Assembly (NCBI GenBank): GCA_050273025.1
Contig: CP158636.1
Span: forward strand, 558,001 to 622,000
Direction of reading: 5' to 3'
From: Cenococcum geophilum
Lineage: Eukaryota
DNA length: 64,000 nt
Position 1 is the stretch's first letter. Each line of letters starts with the position of its first letter. The notes under the pieces are model-generated. The model worked only from the letters and a program-made list of their open reading frames with translations. It was not told the DNA's origin and made no database searches. Of the stretch, positions 1-13,212 are shown in pieces. The position numbers and the translations under genes are program-made.

Positions 1-1000
1 GGTTTCTTTAGTATTACTTAGGTCTATTAGCTCTACGCTATACTTAAGTTAACGAGTGTTGTTTAACATTAACTGCTTAAGGCCCCCTTTAGGCATATAT
101 ACTCCGCGTAAAATCTTTCCTATAGTATACAAATTAAACTTATTAATCTCGCCGATAACCTAATATTAAGTCTTTTAGCAATAGTTAAAGTTATTATAAA
201 TAATACAGATATTATTATAAATAGATAAAGACTTAATTAGTTTCTTAAGGGTTATTAGCGCTAAAAGGCCTAGTAGAATTAATAGGACCTTTCTTAGAAC
301 ATTTAGCTAGCCCGAGCTTTCTAGCATTAAGAGTTTTATAACTATTAATTAGACTAAGACTATATAAGAAAGATAGTATATAGCGCTTTATACTAAGTGC
401 CTAAAGATATAAACTAAGTAGATAGGCGAAACTATTTGCGGAGTTCTAGGTAAACCCTAGTAGGAATATAGAGGCAACTATAACTATACGTCCGCTATAT
501 AGATCCCGACTGCGTTCTTCTCTATTTAGTACGGATATCCTATTAATAAGCTAGAATAGTAGCGGACCGTACTACTAAACAAATTTGGCTGTATTTTTAA
601 GGTTAATATCCTTAAACTCTACATCTAGAGTTTATATGTTAAAGGGGCCGTATTATAACTGTAGTTAGCGAAGCTCTTTCTAGATATAGCGGATAGTATA
701 GGTTACTAGCGTTATATAAATATTAGGCATATTAATAAGTTTTTCTTATATTTCCTTATTCTCTAGTAAAGTAACAAGTAGGTCCTTTACTTTTTTCTTT
801 TTTTTATTACCTCTATACCCGTTCTTACTTTCTAAATACTTAGAGACTAGCCTATAAAAAGGCTAACCCTATTTTTATAGAAGGTCCTTAATAATATTAA
901 CCTTTTCTTCCTTTAACGTCCTTATCTAACTAGTAGATAGAATATCCGTAGTCGTCGTCTCCCCCTTCGCTCCTCCGTCGTCGTCGCTAGGACGCCCCTG
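1..1000 (-). pseudogene. N-terminal part of a DUF6589-type (Academ-like) transposase, RIP-inactivated, runs off the window
   Basis: Minus-strand translation gives ...NSANSFAYLLSLYL*ALSIKRYILSFLYSLSLINSY..., then a probable intron, then ICIIYNNFNY..(HQ)..LYTIGK..MPKGGLKQLML. It is collinear with the 29345-32257 protein (GVYLHNIGVKRR..., VIYDNFNW...SATTSK). Confidence 0.7.
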
Positions 1001-1051
1001 GCTATATAGCCCCTACGGACACGTCACCAGACGCCAAATACCAGACACATT

Positions 1052-1335
1052 ACAACCTCTACTACAACCAGTCTACAGCCATTACGCTACAGACAACCTC
1101 CACCACAACCTGTCTACAGCCATCAGGCTGCAGACAACCTCTACAACCTATCTACAGCCATCAGGCTGCAGACAACCTCCACAACCTATCTACAGCCATC
1201 AGGCTGCAGACGACCTCCGCAACCTATCTACAGCCATCAGGCTGCAGACGACCTCCACAACCTGTCTACAGCCATCACGCTGCAGACGACCTCTCCACAA
1301 CCTGTCTACGGCCATCGCGCTACAGACGACCTCTA
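1052..1335 (+). repeat. Minisatellite, ~38-bp unit x ~7, with internal hairpin
   Basis: Unit ACAACCTRTCTACAGCCATCASGCTGCAGACRACCTCC. The arms GTCTRCAGCC and GGCTGCAGAC flank a 4-nt loop. Confidence 0.9.
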
Positions 1336-2071
1336 CCACAACCGCCACCACCGCCACAACATACCATACAATACCGCACTATAGGCGTACCGCAGATGCG
1401 CAGATAGGGGTGGCTATAGTAGGGGAGGGGAAGGGGCCGGCCCGTGTTACTTTAGCACGTTAAATCTAAGGTGTATAGGCGAATTGGTGTTTATACCCTA
1501 TACAAGACAACTTCGTGAAAATTTTCCTATGGGAGTGGGTTTATGTAACGAGGTTCGCCCTTATAAAATACCATTAGTAGGTTATTTTTGGGGAGAGTAC
1601 CTATTAATTACTAATTCCCTACCCATTTCTTTAGTAAGGAGAAGAGATAGGGTATAGGATAAAAAGTTGCTTTAGGTAATTGGTAGCTGCTTCTAAGCTA
1701 GCAAGCTATTGTAACGCCTCTTATTCTTAAGTGCAAAACTATTTAATAAAAATCTTTCTTTTAGAGCGCTTTTTCTACTCTAGGAACGGCAGAATACGGT
1801 AGAAATAGATAAAAGAGCCAGGATTTCCTTAGTGCGATTTTCTTGGCATAAACTAGACTATAGTAAGCAAGATATCAAGACAAAACACCAATAGGCTAGG
1901 AGCTCCCCCTAGTATTTAAAACGGGCCAGAGTGTCCACTTAGCTACTAGTACATATTAAGCTGCCTAGGAAGGATTTATATATATAGAACTATAGCGCCA
2001 TAGCCTAGAGGCTGCATGCGCAGTATTATACGTAGTATAATACAACGGATATAAAATAAAAATAAAAAAAA

Positions 2072-2156
2072 GAATATCCGTAAACGGAATATCCGTAGAT
2101 GGAATATCCGTAGATAGAATATCCGTAGATAGAGTATCCGCAGATAGAATATCCGC
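2072..2156 (+). repeat. Subterminal 15-bp tandem repeat x ~6
   Basis: (AGATRGAATATCCGY)n. Confidence 0.85.
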
Positions 2157-3019
2157 TAGCTGTAGAGAGGGCGGGCGTAGGCGTAGGCGCTTAGCGTTAG
2201 TGGTTACTACGCGGCTCGGTGGTATAGAGGTAGAATTATAGCCTCTGCCGCGGCGACTTCCTCTTAACGTTGTGTGGGTATAAGGAGTTAAGGATCTTAT
2301 AACTTATAGAGTAGGCTTTTCTCTATAATTTGGTATAATTTTTATATCGATAGGTATTGTAGGAGGGTAGATTAATTTCGTTAAAGTTAATAAGGTCTTC
2401 TTATATAAACTATATTTAGGTTTTCTATAAATCTTACTAAAGTCCCTTAGACTAAGAAAACGATTGCCGTCCTAAATCAGCTTAGTAGACGGTGCGGATA
2501 TTCCTATATCCGCACAATCGATTTCTTAGTCTGAGCTTCTGAGGTAATTTAAAATTCTATTTTAGTAGCTTTATAAAAGAACTTAATACTACGCCAAGAC
2601 TAGTAATATAGCTTCAATCTTAGGGAGCTTAAAGCTGGGAGGGTGTATTAAACTAAGAATGACGTACTTATTACTATTTGTAATACCTAGTACCCTATAT
2701 CTTATTACCCTGCTATTTACTATTATATATCTCACCAAATGTCTAATTACCTATTTTTACTACCGAATGACAACTACGTCGTTATTCTATTTATTACCTC
2801 TTTAGGGTATATATAGAGGCCTTAAAGCCACACTTAATAAACATATAAGTCCTTATTTTTAGATCTTATTTTTAGGTCAATAAAAATACCTAGCTGTTTT
2901 ATAATATAATAGTAAAGTTAACTACTAATTAGTGTTGGTAATATAAGGTAATATTATATATCTATAAGTTAATAAACCACTAGATATCAAAAAAGGAGCT
3001 CTTACTACACCTGGCCCAA

Positions 3020-4570
3020 AAAGACCAAAACCAACTAAAAGAACCCTAAAAAACACCTAGAGAATCCCCCTAAGATATATACATTATAGGGGAGGCACAC
3101 GTTAAACAACGGTGGCTTACACTCGCGTATAACTACTAGAACTACGCCTAGCAATAGCCCTCTATAATAAAGATAGGCGAATACTATACTATAAAGCGGA
3201 AATATCTCTATTAAGAAGGCATCTAACAAAATATAAAGCCTATTAAACGCGTCTAGTATCTAAAATTATAGGGGAGTAACTGTTAGCTATAACGAACTAA
3301 TATAGCTAGTAGAATGGCTCCACTAGTTTAGCGAACCTTAGGCGCCCCTCTAGCAAACCCTTAATTAAATCCTCTAACGGCTAAGTAAAATTAAAAATAA
3401 GTATAACCCCCTCTTACCGGTAAACTATACCTAGGCCGCCATAGTTGCGCTTTTATAGTATAGGGAACCTACCCCCCTTAAGTTAATAACCGGGTATATA
3501 ATTATAATATAACTAAATATAGAATAAGTAAAGGGGCTTAGGGGATAATTAGAAATAGAAGTCTTTATAAAGATATATAAAGAGGTCTATAACACTATTA
3601 TAGTCTAATACCTTAAGAGTAGAGATATTAGAGTTACCCTAAAGAACTAATAGGTAAAGGAATAAGCTATAAAGGTAGGGGATAGGCTAGGAGAATATAT
3701 TAGTATAAAAGTACTCTATAAGGATTACCTAGTTAAAGTCCTAGCGGTTTTTATAAGCCTTAGGGTAGAAAAGGGACGCTAGGCGAATAATATAGCAATT
3801 ATATAGGAGATAGTAAGATAAACGGAACGCCTTATACTAGAACTTAAAATCACCTAAATCTAATAGCTTTAATAGGAAAATATAAACTAAGTATATAATA
3901 AGAATAATAAGAGGATATAAGGGTTGCCGGAGATTTATTAGGGAGATACTGGACGAATATATAGCTCCCTTATCGTTAGCATATATACACTAGGAATGTA
4001 AAAACTCCTTATCTAAAAAGGAATAATTATAAATAGCCTTATATATAATATAAGGCTCTATAACTATAGATTACGCCTAGAATAATGCTATCGCTATATA
4101 TAATAGGGATACACCTAATCTATATGCGCAGTATAGGTATACTACAGCTACTATGCAGGCCCCTATAATATAAGATATTGCTTAAATTAAGACTAAATAA
4201 AATACGCAAACTGCCACTAAAGCATATATAAGGCGTAGGAGAGAGAAGACTATATTAAATACAGGAGATGGAAGGTAAGGGCTTAACAGCTGCGGGAATA
4301 ACTATATACTAGGTTATATAAATGGAAACAATAAACGATAAGCTAGGGGGACGTAGGCGCCTTTCTAGCGTTTCTTACCTTTAATACTAGAGGGCTAGGC
4401 TAGCTATCCTAAGCCTTAACAGGCTAGAAGCGACGCCGCGTAATATTACTAGACTAATTAGGGATATAAGGGTTATAGGGGACATAAGGGAGAGGATGCC
4501 CTATAGGAAGACCCCTATAGATAGTAATAGTAGGCTTAAGACTAGAATAATTAAGAATTAGACTTAATAT
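3020..4570 (+). pseudogene. LINE ORF1 (gag-like, CCHC zinc knuckles); boundaries approximate
   Basis: About 4080-4220 de-RIPs to QCYRC.QWGHTQSIC....HCSYCAGPH....C....KCANC. Confidence 0.75.
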
Positions 4571-4834
4571 GGCAAATATAATATTTATAGCTAACCTATA
4601 AAGGGTATATAGCCGACTAGTAAGAATAGGGGAAGAACTAGTAATAATAACAGATTTAGATATAAAAGCGTTAATAGGAATATAAGATATGGGAATAGAA
4701 AGCTCTATATAAAATAAGTAGTAACTAAGGTATAAACATAAGAGATAGAAGCTCTAAATATCCTAAAAAAAGTAGAAATAGAAGAAGCGAGAAATAAAGG
4801 AAAGTTAAAGGACCCTTACTAGGGGTCCGCTACC

Positions 4835-7800
4835 TATCTATTATATAGTATAACTACGGCAATATAAACCACCGCCTTATAAAACCCCTACTAAATAGTC
4901 TAGACCTAGAGAAATATTATATCCTTACTATATAAGAACCGTATTATAATACCTTTATATAATTAATATACTGCCCCTAAGGATTCCAGCTCCTATATAA
5001 ACTAAAAGCAGCTATACGCGTGTGCTTTATAATTAGTAAGGCTATTAGCCTATCCTTATAGTTATAGCAGGCAGTTAACCTAGATATTATAGTTATAATA
5101 ATCCAAATATATAGGGGACCGGTACAAATTATTAATATATATAACCCTAGGGTTAAAGGGGTCCTATAAATAGAGAATATTATATTAGTAATAAGTTTAC
5201 TAGAAACTAAAGGTATAAAGTTTATCTTACTAGAAGATATAAACCTTTACCACCCGTAGTAAGGGGGTATCTATATTGCTGTAGATTAACAGTTAGAGTG
5301 CCTACTAAGAGCTATAGATATCTGGGGCCTTAAGCTAGCTACCCCCCTAGGAGCAATTATATAGCAATAAGGCACCACTAGAAGTATAATTAACCTTATA
5401 TTTATAGATAAAGGCCTATACTAGAGACTTAAAAGGTATAACCCTAAAGAAAAATAGGCACTTACTCTAGACTATATCCTTATTTAGATATAGCTAGACC
5501 TAAATACTAAAGCGTAACTAAATAGAAAAAGATACGCAATAAGGAAGCTTAAAATAAATAGTTTCCTTAATATAGTTAAATAATAACTCTAAAACCTAGA
5601 AGAAATCCACCTAATACTAAATAAGTAAGGCTTATTGGTTACCCCTAAGGAAATTAACCGAAGACTAGAAAGGATCTAGGCAGCAATTAAAAATAGGCTA
5701 GAAGAGCACTGCCCGATCTTAAAACTGGGCCCCTATACGCGATACGTATGGTCCATATAATACGTAGTTTTAGTTACTAGCTAATAACGAGCAAGAAGGA
5801 AATATATAAGTAGCTATAACCCTAAAAACAAGAGACAATATAAAGACATAAGAAACTAGCTAAAGAATACCCTAAAAAAAGAAGTAAGGAATAACTAGAG
5901 ACGGTTTATAAACAAGCATACTTTTAATCTAAGCCTCCCCTATAATAAGGGCCTTTAGGCTATAGCAAAATAGGTATAAAAAAAGGTAGGGCGCCTAGTA
6001 GAAGACTTATACCTACTACCCCTATAAAGAGTAGGAGAATTATAGGCCATAAATAACAATAATAAGAAGGTAAAGATCCTTATAAAAAGGTTCTTCCCCT
6101 AACTAGCTTTAGTAGACCTTAGTAATATTATAGGCGAAACACTAGTAACTCGCCTATAGGTTAATAGTAATATAATAATAGAGGAAATGGCTAGAACTAT
6201 TAGCCGCCTTTTAAATAATATAGTACTAGGACTAGATAGGATTCTAAATAAGGCCCTAAAAACCTATAAGCTATTTATAGTACCTTAGCTTACAGATATA
6301 GCTAGAGCATGCTTTACTATAGGCTACTACCCATAATTTAGAAGATTTATAATAACGGTTGTTTTATAAAAAGAAGGTAAAGTAGATTACTTAATCCCAA
6401 AAAGCTACCGCCCTATTGCCTTAGAAAACACCCTTAGTAAGATCTTAGAAAGGGTAATAGCGGAACATATAGCAGATATAGTAGAGAAATACGCCCTACT
6501 ACTATAAAGCTAAATAGGGGTAAGAAAGAACCGCTTAACACTATTAGTATTTACGCTACTCACTACCACTATTAAATCTACATAGGCGATGCGAAAGGAC
6601 TTTATAGTATTAATACTTAGCCTAGATATTAGTGGTGCCTATAATAATATACCCTATAAGCGTCTTCTATATATCCTTAGGGCAAAGGGCTTTTAAAATA
6701 GATTATATAATTTATCTAAGGGTTTATAGGCCAGAAAGAAATATTACTAGTCTTTAGCGGATACTAGAGCCCCCTTATTGCAGTTATAACAGAAATACTA
6801 TAAGGATTACCCCTCTTGCCTATACTCTTCCTTTTCTTTATAAGCAACCTACTTAATTTCTTTAAAGAAGGGGCGACCTAGGGGATAGGCTTTATTAATA
6901 ATATAAACCTAATTATATATAGGCTAATAGCCATAAAGAATTATAGAACACTAGAGAAAGCCTATAACACTTATATAAAATAGGTAAAACGTTATAGAGT
7001 TTAATTCTTACCAGAGAAATACCAGCTAATTTATTTTATAAGAAAACGTAACTAATCTGCAGATCTTTAGTATATAATTCGCATCTAAGGCTTTAAGGGT
7101 TAACTAGTTTAGGGCCTAAGGGTATTAGAAGTATGGGTAGATAGTAAGCTCTAATAGAGCGTATATACGGCGCAAGCGGCCCGTAAAGGCTAAGTATAGT
7201 TTATTACTTTATTTAGGATTGTTAATTCTATATAGGGTCTATACTTTTAGAGGTTACGCCTACTATATATAGCAGTCGTCTAGCCAACCATAATATATAG
7301 ATCCAGTATTTAGGCCATTAAAGAAACTAAAAAGGGCCCCCCTAAATTACTCTTTAAACCACTTTAAAAGGTCTAAACAGCCTGCCTTTAGAGTATTATA
7401 GGCGGGTATAAGCGAACGGCCACAGTACTACTTAAGAAGGAATCCAATATTCCCCCCCTATAGTTATATATTAAAGCCGCTATAATATAAAGGATATAAA
7501 ATAAACGTAACTCTAATATTATAAAGTATATTAAGACACGCCTAAGTAAACTATAGAGGGACTTTAGGGTGCCCTATAGGAGAATAAACTAATAACCCTA
7601 AAGTAGGGAAGAGATATTAAAGAAACAGGTAAAGAAAGTAGAAGAAAAATGGTGCCGCTTTAGGGCCTAGGCCCATATAGAGGAGAAAGGGAGACGCGTA
7701 AGAGATTAGTAAAGATAATAGTAAGATAAAGAAAGGAGCTAAAGTAAAATATATAAGAACGCTAGGAAACTATCTACTGTAATATAATACTGGTTAGACT

Positions 7801-8185
7801 AACGCTAGAGAGGTAAATAGGAGTTAAAGGTATAGAGGCTAACTTAGGTAAGATAAACCTAAGCTATAGTATAGTTAACGCTATAGGGGGTAAATACCTA
7901 AGGGCTCTAAAAAGGCCTAATAAAGGCAGAAAATATAATAGCAATACTCTTAAGAACAGGAATAATAGGACTAAAAGATTAGCTTTACTGGGTAGGTATC
8001 CTAGTAGGTAGCCTAAGATATAAATATGGCTAGCTAAAATAGACACTAAAATACGTAATACTGCTATGCCCCCTATATACCAATTAAGAAATAATACTCT
8101 TAGTAGCTAGCATAGAGAACTATAATATACTACTCTTAATATAAAAAGGCCTTAAGGCGGTTACCTAGTAGCTTATTAGTTAAAA
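4835..8185 (+). pseudogene. pol: LINE ORF2 (APE endonuclease + reverse transcriptase)
   Basis: Motifs IIQYN, ILTI*EP (ILAIQEP), INIYNP, EDINLYHP, GLDRILNKAL (GPDGIPNEAL), SYRPIALENTLSKILE, LSLDISGAYNN, FINNIN (FIDDTN); many TAA/TAG stops. Confidence 0.9.
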
Positions 8186-9891
8186 TGTACTAAATTAGTT
8201 CTGGGTTGCAAGGGAAATAGTAATAGAAGGTAAGGGGGTGAGTAGTAGGTGCCCCCTAGTAACTCTATAGTAGTAGAGTAATAGTTTATAATACTAGCGC
8301 GTCCGTAGGCTTATTACGGCAGCAGTGGTTCCTAAGGAGGTTAAATAGTAAGGTAGTAGAGCACTATAGGCGACTTATAGGCGCTAAGTAGGCGAGTCCT
8401 AAAAGGCGGGGAGATGGATTACGGGGTTTTCTCATTTTTCTTAAATAGAGTTTTCTCCCTATATGTAAATAAGGAGTAGTCCGCGTGGGCCTAATAGGGA
8501 TCCGAATCGGACGTTAAGCAATGAATTATTATTATATATCTATAAGTTGTAGGTAGTATAATAATTATTATTCTATATCTTCTAAAGAATAAGAAAGGGC
8601 GAGGAGCCTAAGGCTCCTCGTTACGCTAGTGCCGCGGCGACATATAATAACCGCTTGCCTTATTCCTAACACTTACCTTAATGTAACTACCGCTCTTAAT
8701 ATATATATATCGATTATAAGGACTAAAGGTATTAGATTTAACGCAGTACGTCTTATTATAAGCCTCTAGAATCCTATTATTAGATTTTTAGTCTTTTAAA
8801 GATATATAGGCAAAATTATTTAGGTAGGACTAGTACTAGTTATAGGTTAGTAGGGGTTAGGGTTCTATATATAAAGGTAAGGCTAGAATACGCTATAGAA
8901 TTTACTTAAAGGAGTAGTTAGTAGGAGAATAAAGAGGTATATTAAATTAATAATAAAAAAGAAGAAAATCTTAATAATATATTAAAGATACGTCTAAATT
9001 AGACGAAGGTTAATAATGGGAAGTAAGGTATTAAGGAAAAGGATTAAGCTTAATAAGTAAAGTGTCTTTATACTTTACCGTCTAATACCCTTTTAGTAAA
9101 TAGCCGCAACCTTACTAATATAACTTCGTTATAATAGCGCTATTTAAAAAGAAGAAAATACGCGTATAAGTTATTTAACTATTACTTCCTTATAAAAACT
9201 GACTATGTGGCTAGGGGAAGGTAATTAAGATATTAAATTAAAGATATATATAGGTTAAATTAGACCTAAAATAATACTATAGTATTAAAGAATAACGTTA
9301 TAGACGTTCTTAACAATTGTATAATAGCTATAATTGCTATTATAAAATGTCCCTATTTGCTAGGTAGTAAGACTACACTAAATATATAGTATAGGACTAC
9401 TAGATTTAAAAGTATATACATTAAATCTTAAGAGATAAGTCTCTTTAACTAATTAATTAATACCTTAACTATATCTAATAGCCTAAGGGCAAATGTGGGA
9501 GTAATGTATTAGTGACGTAGAGAATTATAAGAAAAGGATTATAAGAAAGGATTATAAACTATATTTTAGTAGTTAAAGACAATAGCAAGCTAAGGCTCTA
9601 TACGTTAAATCCTATACTAAAAGGTTTTACGGAACTATACTAAAACACTAAATTACCTATAATACTTATAATTAATTATAGACCAGTATAAAGGCTTAGA
9701 AGTAGATTTATATAAAAATCTCTATATTAGCCTAGGTAGTTACTAGTATACTTCTAATAGGCTTTTAATAGATTTCCTAGCAATCCTTATATCTTTTCTC
9801 TAGTTATATTTTTTCTTTATTAAGGTTTTTTAGGAGTTTAAAGTAGGGGTTAGATAGATAGATAATATATAACGGCATACCGATACCTCTC

Positions 9892-12533
9892 TGTCTGTAC
9901 GAGTAGAGGTTATAAACATTGTTATTAGATAAATAGCGTAGAGTGTATGCAGTAGGGGCTGTATACGTAGCGTAGGTCACCTAACTGCCCACGGCCCGAT
10001 AGATAGCCCGACCTTTACTACCCCTTTCTTTCTCTTTTAGTAGATAAAGAAGACACGAATAAACTAAGAATCAGTTACCTTATATTGCAATTACAGTACC
10101 CCCTAGGTGATACCGACACTAATTAGTAATATTATAGATCAGAATCCGGTGTTATTACGAAGAGAGATAATACGCGATCGCTTCTACTAAGGCCCGTCAA
10201 TCTTATTGCGTTTATTAAGGAGAACCCTTCCTACCAAGGCCCTGGGAACTTAAAGAACTGGCTCCTACTAAGGCTTCGTCTGGTTCGCGTCTATTACGCA
10301 AATCAATACCTAGTACGACCTCTTTACTAAGCGCCAGTACACCTAGCAGCGTTAGTAGCACCCTACCTACACCACGATCTACGCTAGTTAATTATGTCTA
10401 ATATAGGAATTTAACGTCCGGACTAGGGCAATAGGATTACCTTAACCAATAAGACTATCGCAAAAGACATCACTAACTATATTAACTTTAAAATTAATAA
10501 GTATACTAAGCGTAATTTTAAGGACAAAAGCTTATGGGAATTATACTAAGAGGACTTTAACAATTTTGAGGTATAGATATTTAAGGACGCTTACAGGTCC
10601 GTAATTAAGGAACTTAAATAACTACTCTAACGTAATAGAGTATAGGTCTTTAATAAGAAGAGTAAATTAGTACTATAAGCACTATATAACGTCGCTTACG
10701 AGAACAATCCTATAGAATGGTTAGATGCAGAAATTAAGCTATATATTAACAACGAAGGACCCTTTAATTTGTATGTTATTAACCATCGTCTTAAATTACG
10801 TTTATTAACTCCCTTAACGTCATCTACTACCCTAACCCCAGCTGTCTTAAATAACCCTCCCCCTATAGCCGAGCCCCCCTCGCCTACGAACGTTACGGCT
10901 CCCTCTATAAACGTTACGGCTCCCTCTATAAACGTTACGGCTCCCTCTATAAACGTTACGGCTCCCTCTACGAACATTACGGCTCCCCCTACAAACGTTA
11001 AAGCTCCTCCTATAAAAGTTATAGCCGCCATTAACTACGGTAGAGACTTAGTAACCCTAGTAAAGATATATATAAAGGAAAGCAAATATAGTAGAGAGGA
11101 TAACAACTTCGACCGTAAGCTTACGATTTTTAATGACCTTTATAATAGAGTTGGTATACTATAAGAGGCAAAGATTAAAGGTTTTCCGATAATGCTATAT
11201 AGTATTACTCTTAACTTCTACTATAAGAATAAGGCAACCTATACCACCTTTAACGATATTTATAACGCCGTATATAACTATTTTAAAGGACCGGAATATA
11301 AGCGTGGAATTCTAATAAGGTGGAATGCTATTACTCTTAAGACAGTAATAATAAAAAATGAAAGCAAGTCTATAGGGGACTATCTATAGCTACTGCTTAA
11401 CGACCTCCGTTATTTACAGCATAGTCTTAACGCTAACCTCCGCAATAACGATTTCCTATATAATAAGCTTATCGTCGCTTGTTAAGACGTTACTGCTTAC
11501 TAGGTAGCTTGCTTAAACCTACCTACTATACTTACTAGCCTTATAAACAGCCTATAATCGTCAATTGTTACTTATAAGAAGATTAATGGTACTATAGGAT
11601 AACCTGCTAATGCGTTCTTACAGCCTACAGAACAGCTTACGGACGTATTCTTTACTAACCGTTGCTACTACCAACCGACGTCTTAACTAAGTTCATTAAA
11701 TAACCGTTACGGCAATAATAACACTAGGACGTGCTTTGTGTGTAAGAAAGGAGACTATTAGTTAACTAAGCATATTAAAAAAGAACGTGACGAAGTAAGA
11801 GAAGGATTTAAGAGACGTGTCCACCAGTACCTTGCGGATAATAATATTAATAACGATTTCGATAAGGATATAACGGCTATAGTACTTAATACATCAACTC
11901 CTAGCAGCAATTTCTTCTACGACGACTATGGTGTTAAGCACTTTATGACTTTAAACGGGCCAATACTAATTAAAACCGCCAAAAATATAGTTACGTCTAT
12001 AAACAATAATGCCTTTACCTATAGCCTTACTAGTAGTATAGAGCCTAGTAGTACGGAACCTAGTACGGTAAGACGCGGTAATAATAGTAATAGGAGTAGC
12101 AATAAGGGCAAGAGCGCTATCTACCTCTATAATAACAATAACCCTCCTAACCTTACGGTTAATATCAACTTCTTTAACTATCATTTCGACGACAGATAGG
12201 TTATTAGCCCTTTTACCTATTTTCCCCTATAGACACCCTGGTAACACCTTGTACGCGCCTACCTGTTTTTACCGCAATATCCGTAATGTTCACAATATCC
12301 GCAATATCCGTAGCGATATCCGCAACGTCTACAATATCCGTAATATTCGCAATACCCAAAACATCCGCAATTACTACCCTAAGCACCTGTTGACCTATAT
12401 ACTTCTCCTTTATACTTTCTTACCTTCTTTCCTTTTTGTAAATGTTGCTAGTGTCTATACGAGTAGAGGTTATAAACATTGTTATTAGATAAATGGCGTA
12501 GAGTGTATGCGGTAGGGGCTGTATGCGTAGCGT
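9892..12533 (+). mobile_element. GalEa-type Copia derivative (gag only). 5' LTR 9892-10118; 3' LTR starts at 12452, is interrupted at 12533 and resumes at 32488-32501
   Basis: LTR TGTC...CGACA repeated at 12452. CTAATTAGT (de-RIP CTGATCAGT) directly follows the 5' LTR. Gag with CFVCKKGDY*LTKH knuckle; no pol before the 3' LTR. Confidence 0.85.
10394..12199 (+). pseudogene. gag: Copia (GalEa) gag, RIP-inactivated, truncated before the protease
   Basis: ATG at 10394, in frame with track ORFs 10769, 11192 and 11945. Motifs DKSLWELY*EDF, SKYSREDNNFDRKLTIF, CFVCKK knuckle. Includes a 21-bp tandem repeat at ~10885-11010. Confidence 0.85.
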
Positions 12534-13212
12534 TTACCTCAGCAAGCTCAGACGTGATTCTGTTGGTGCGGATTTTCAATCGGTCCGCAAGCTGACTAAC
12601 TACGTTTGTGATGCACCACTAGTATCACGTCTGAGCGTGTTCCGCGACAGTTCTTAGTAAATCCACGGATATCCGCGTTACGGAGGTTGCGGATATTAGA
12701 ATAACTCAACACCAATATTTTATATTATTTCCTAAAGTTGATCGATTATATAACAGAACCTAGGCTTTTAGAATATATTATTTTTATTACTTAGGTATTT
12801 TTGGGTCTTATAATCATTTTCGTTAAAAAAAAAAAAGCGTTATTAGCAATTCTGTGACCATATATAACTTTATTAAACGCTAACTAATATATATAAAACC
12901 TATATAGATCTATAATAGCCACCCTAAAGAACCTATTATAGCCTAGCGGATATATAGCGTCTATATTATAGTATATAAATACCCACTAAAACCTTATTGC
13001 GCGCCAACTACCAAGTTACGGATATTTAAGCTAACCTATAGTATACCGCTACAAAAACCTATAGGACGGAGAGGTAGAAGGTTAAATAAGATACTAGAAC
13101 AGCCGCTACCGTATTAGGTGCCGGAAACTCGAGCTCGGAGAGGTTGTACCATAGAGTGGGCGCGACGGTCCCGAATGGATATCCGCAACGTCCTCAATCG
13201 CACTGCGGGTCT

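Larger units (their letters stand above)
1..2547. mobile_element. Right part of an Academ-like DNA transposon (family B); left end lies upstream of the window
   Basis: Ends in GTCTGAGCTTCTGAGGTAA (2529-2547), nearly identical to the TIR at 32459-32478 and the reverse complement of 12534-12553. Subterminal sequence (GGTAGATYAATTTCGTT, GCGGATAT..TCCGC palindrome) is shared with 14310-14450. Carries a DUF6589-type transposase remnant at 1-1000. Confidence 0.75.
2971..8529 (+). mobile_element. Full-length Tad1-like LINE (non-LTR retrotransposon), RIP-inactivated
   Basis: Identical flanking duplication TATTATATATCTATAAGTT at 2952-2970 and 8530-8548; short (ATT)n tail; ORF1 with zinc knuckles and ORF2 with endonuclease and RT motifs. 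Confidence 0.92.

Noticed and set aside
1052..1335. CRISPR-like array (palindromic ~38-bp repeats)
   Set aside because: The units are head to tail with no unique spacers, there are no cas genes, and the context is fungal.
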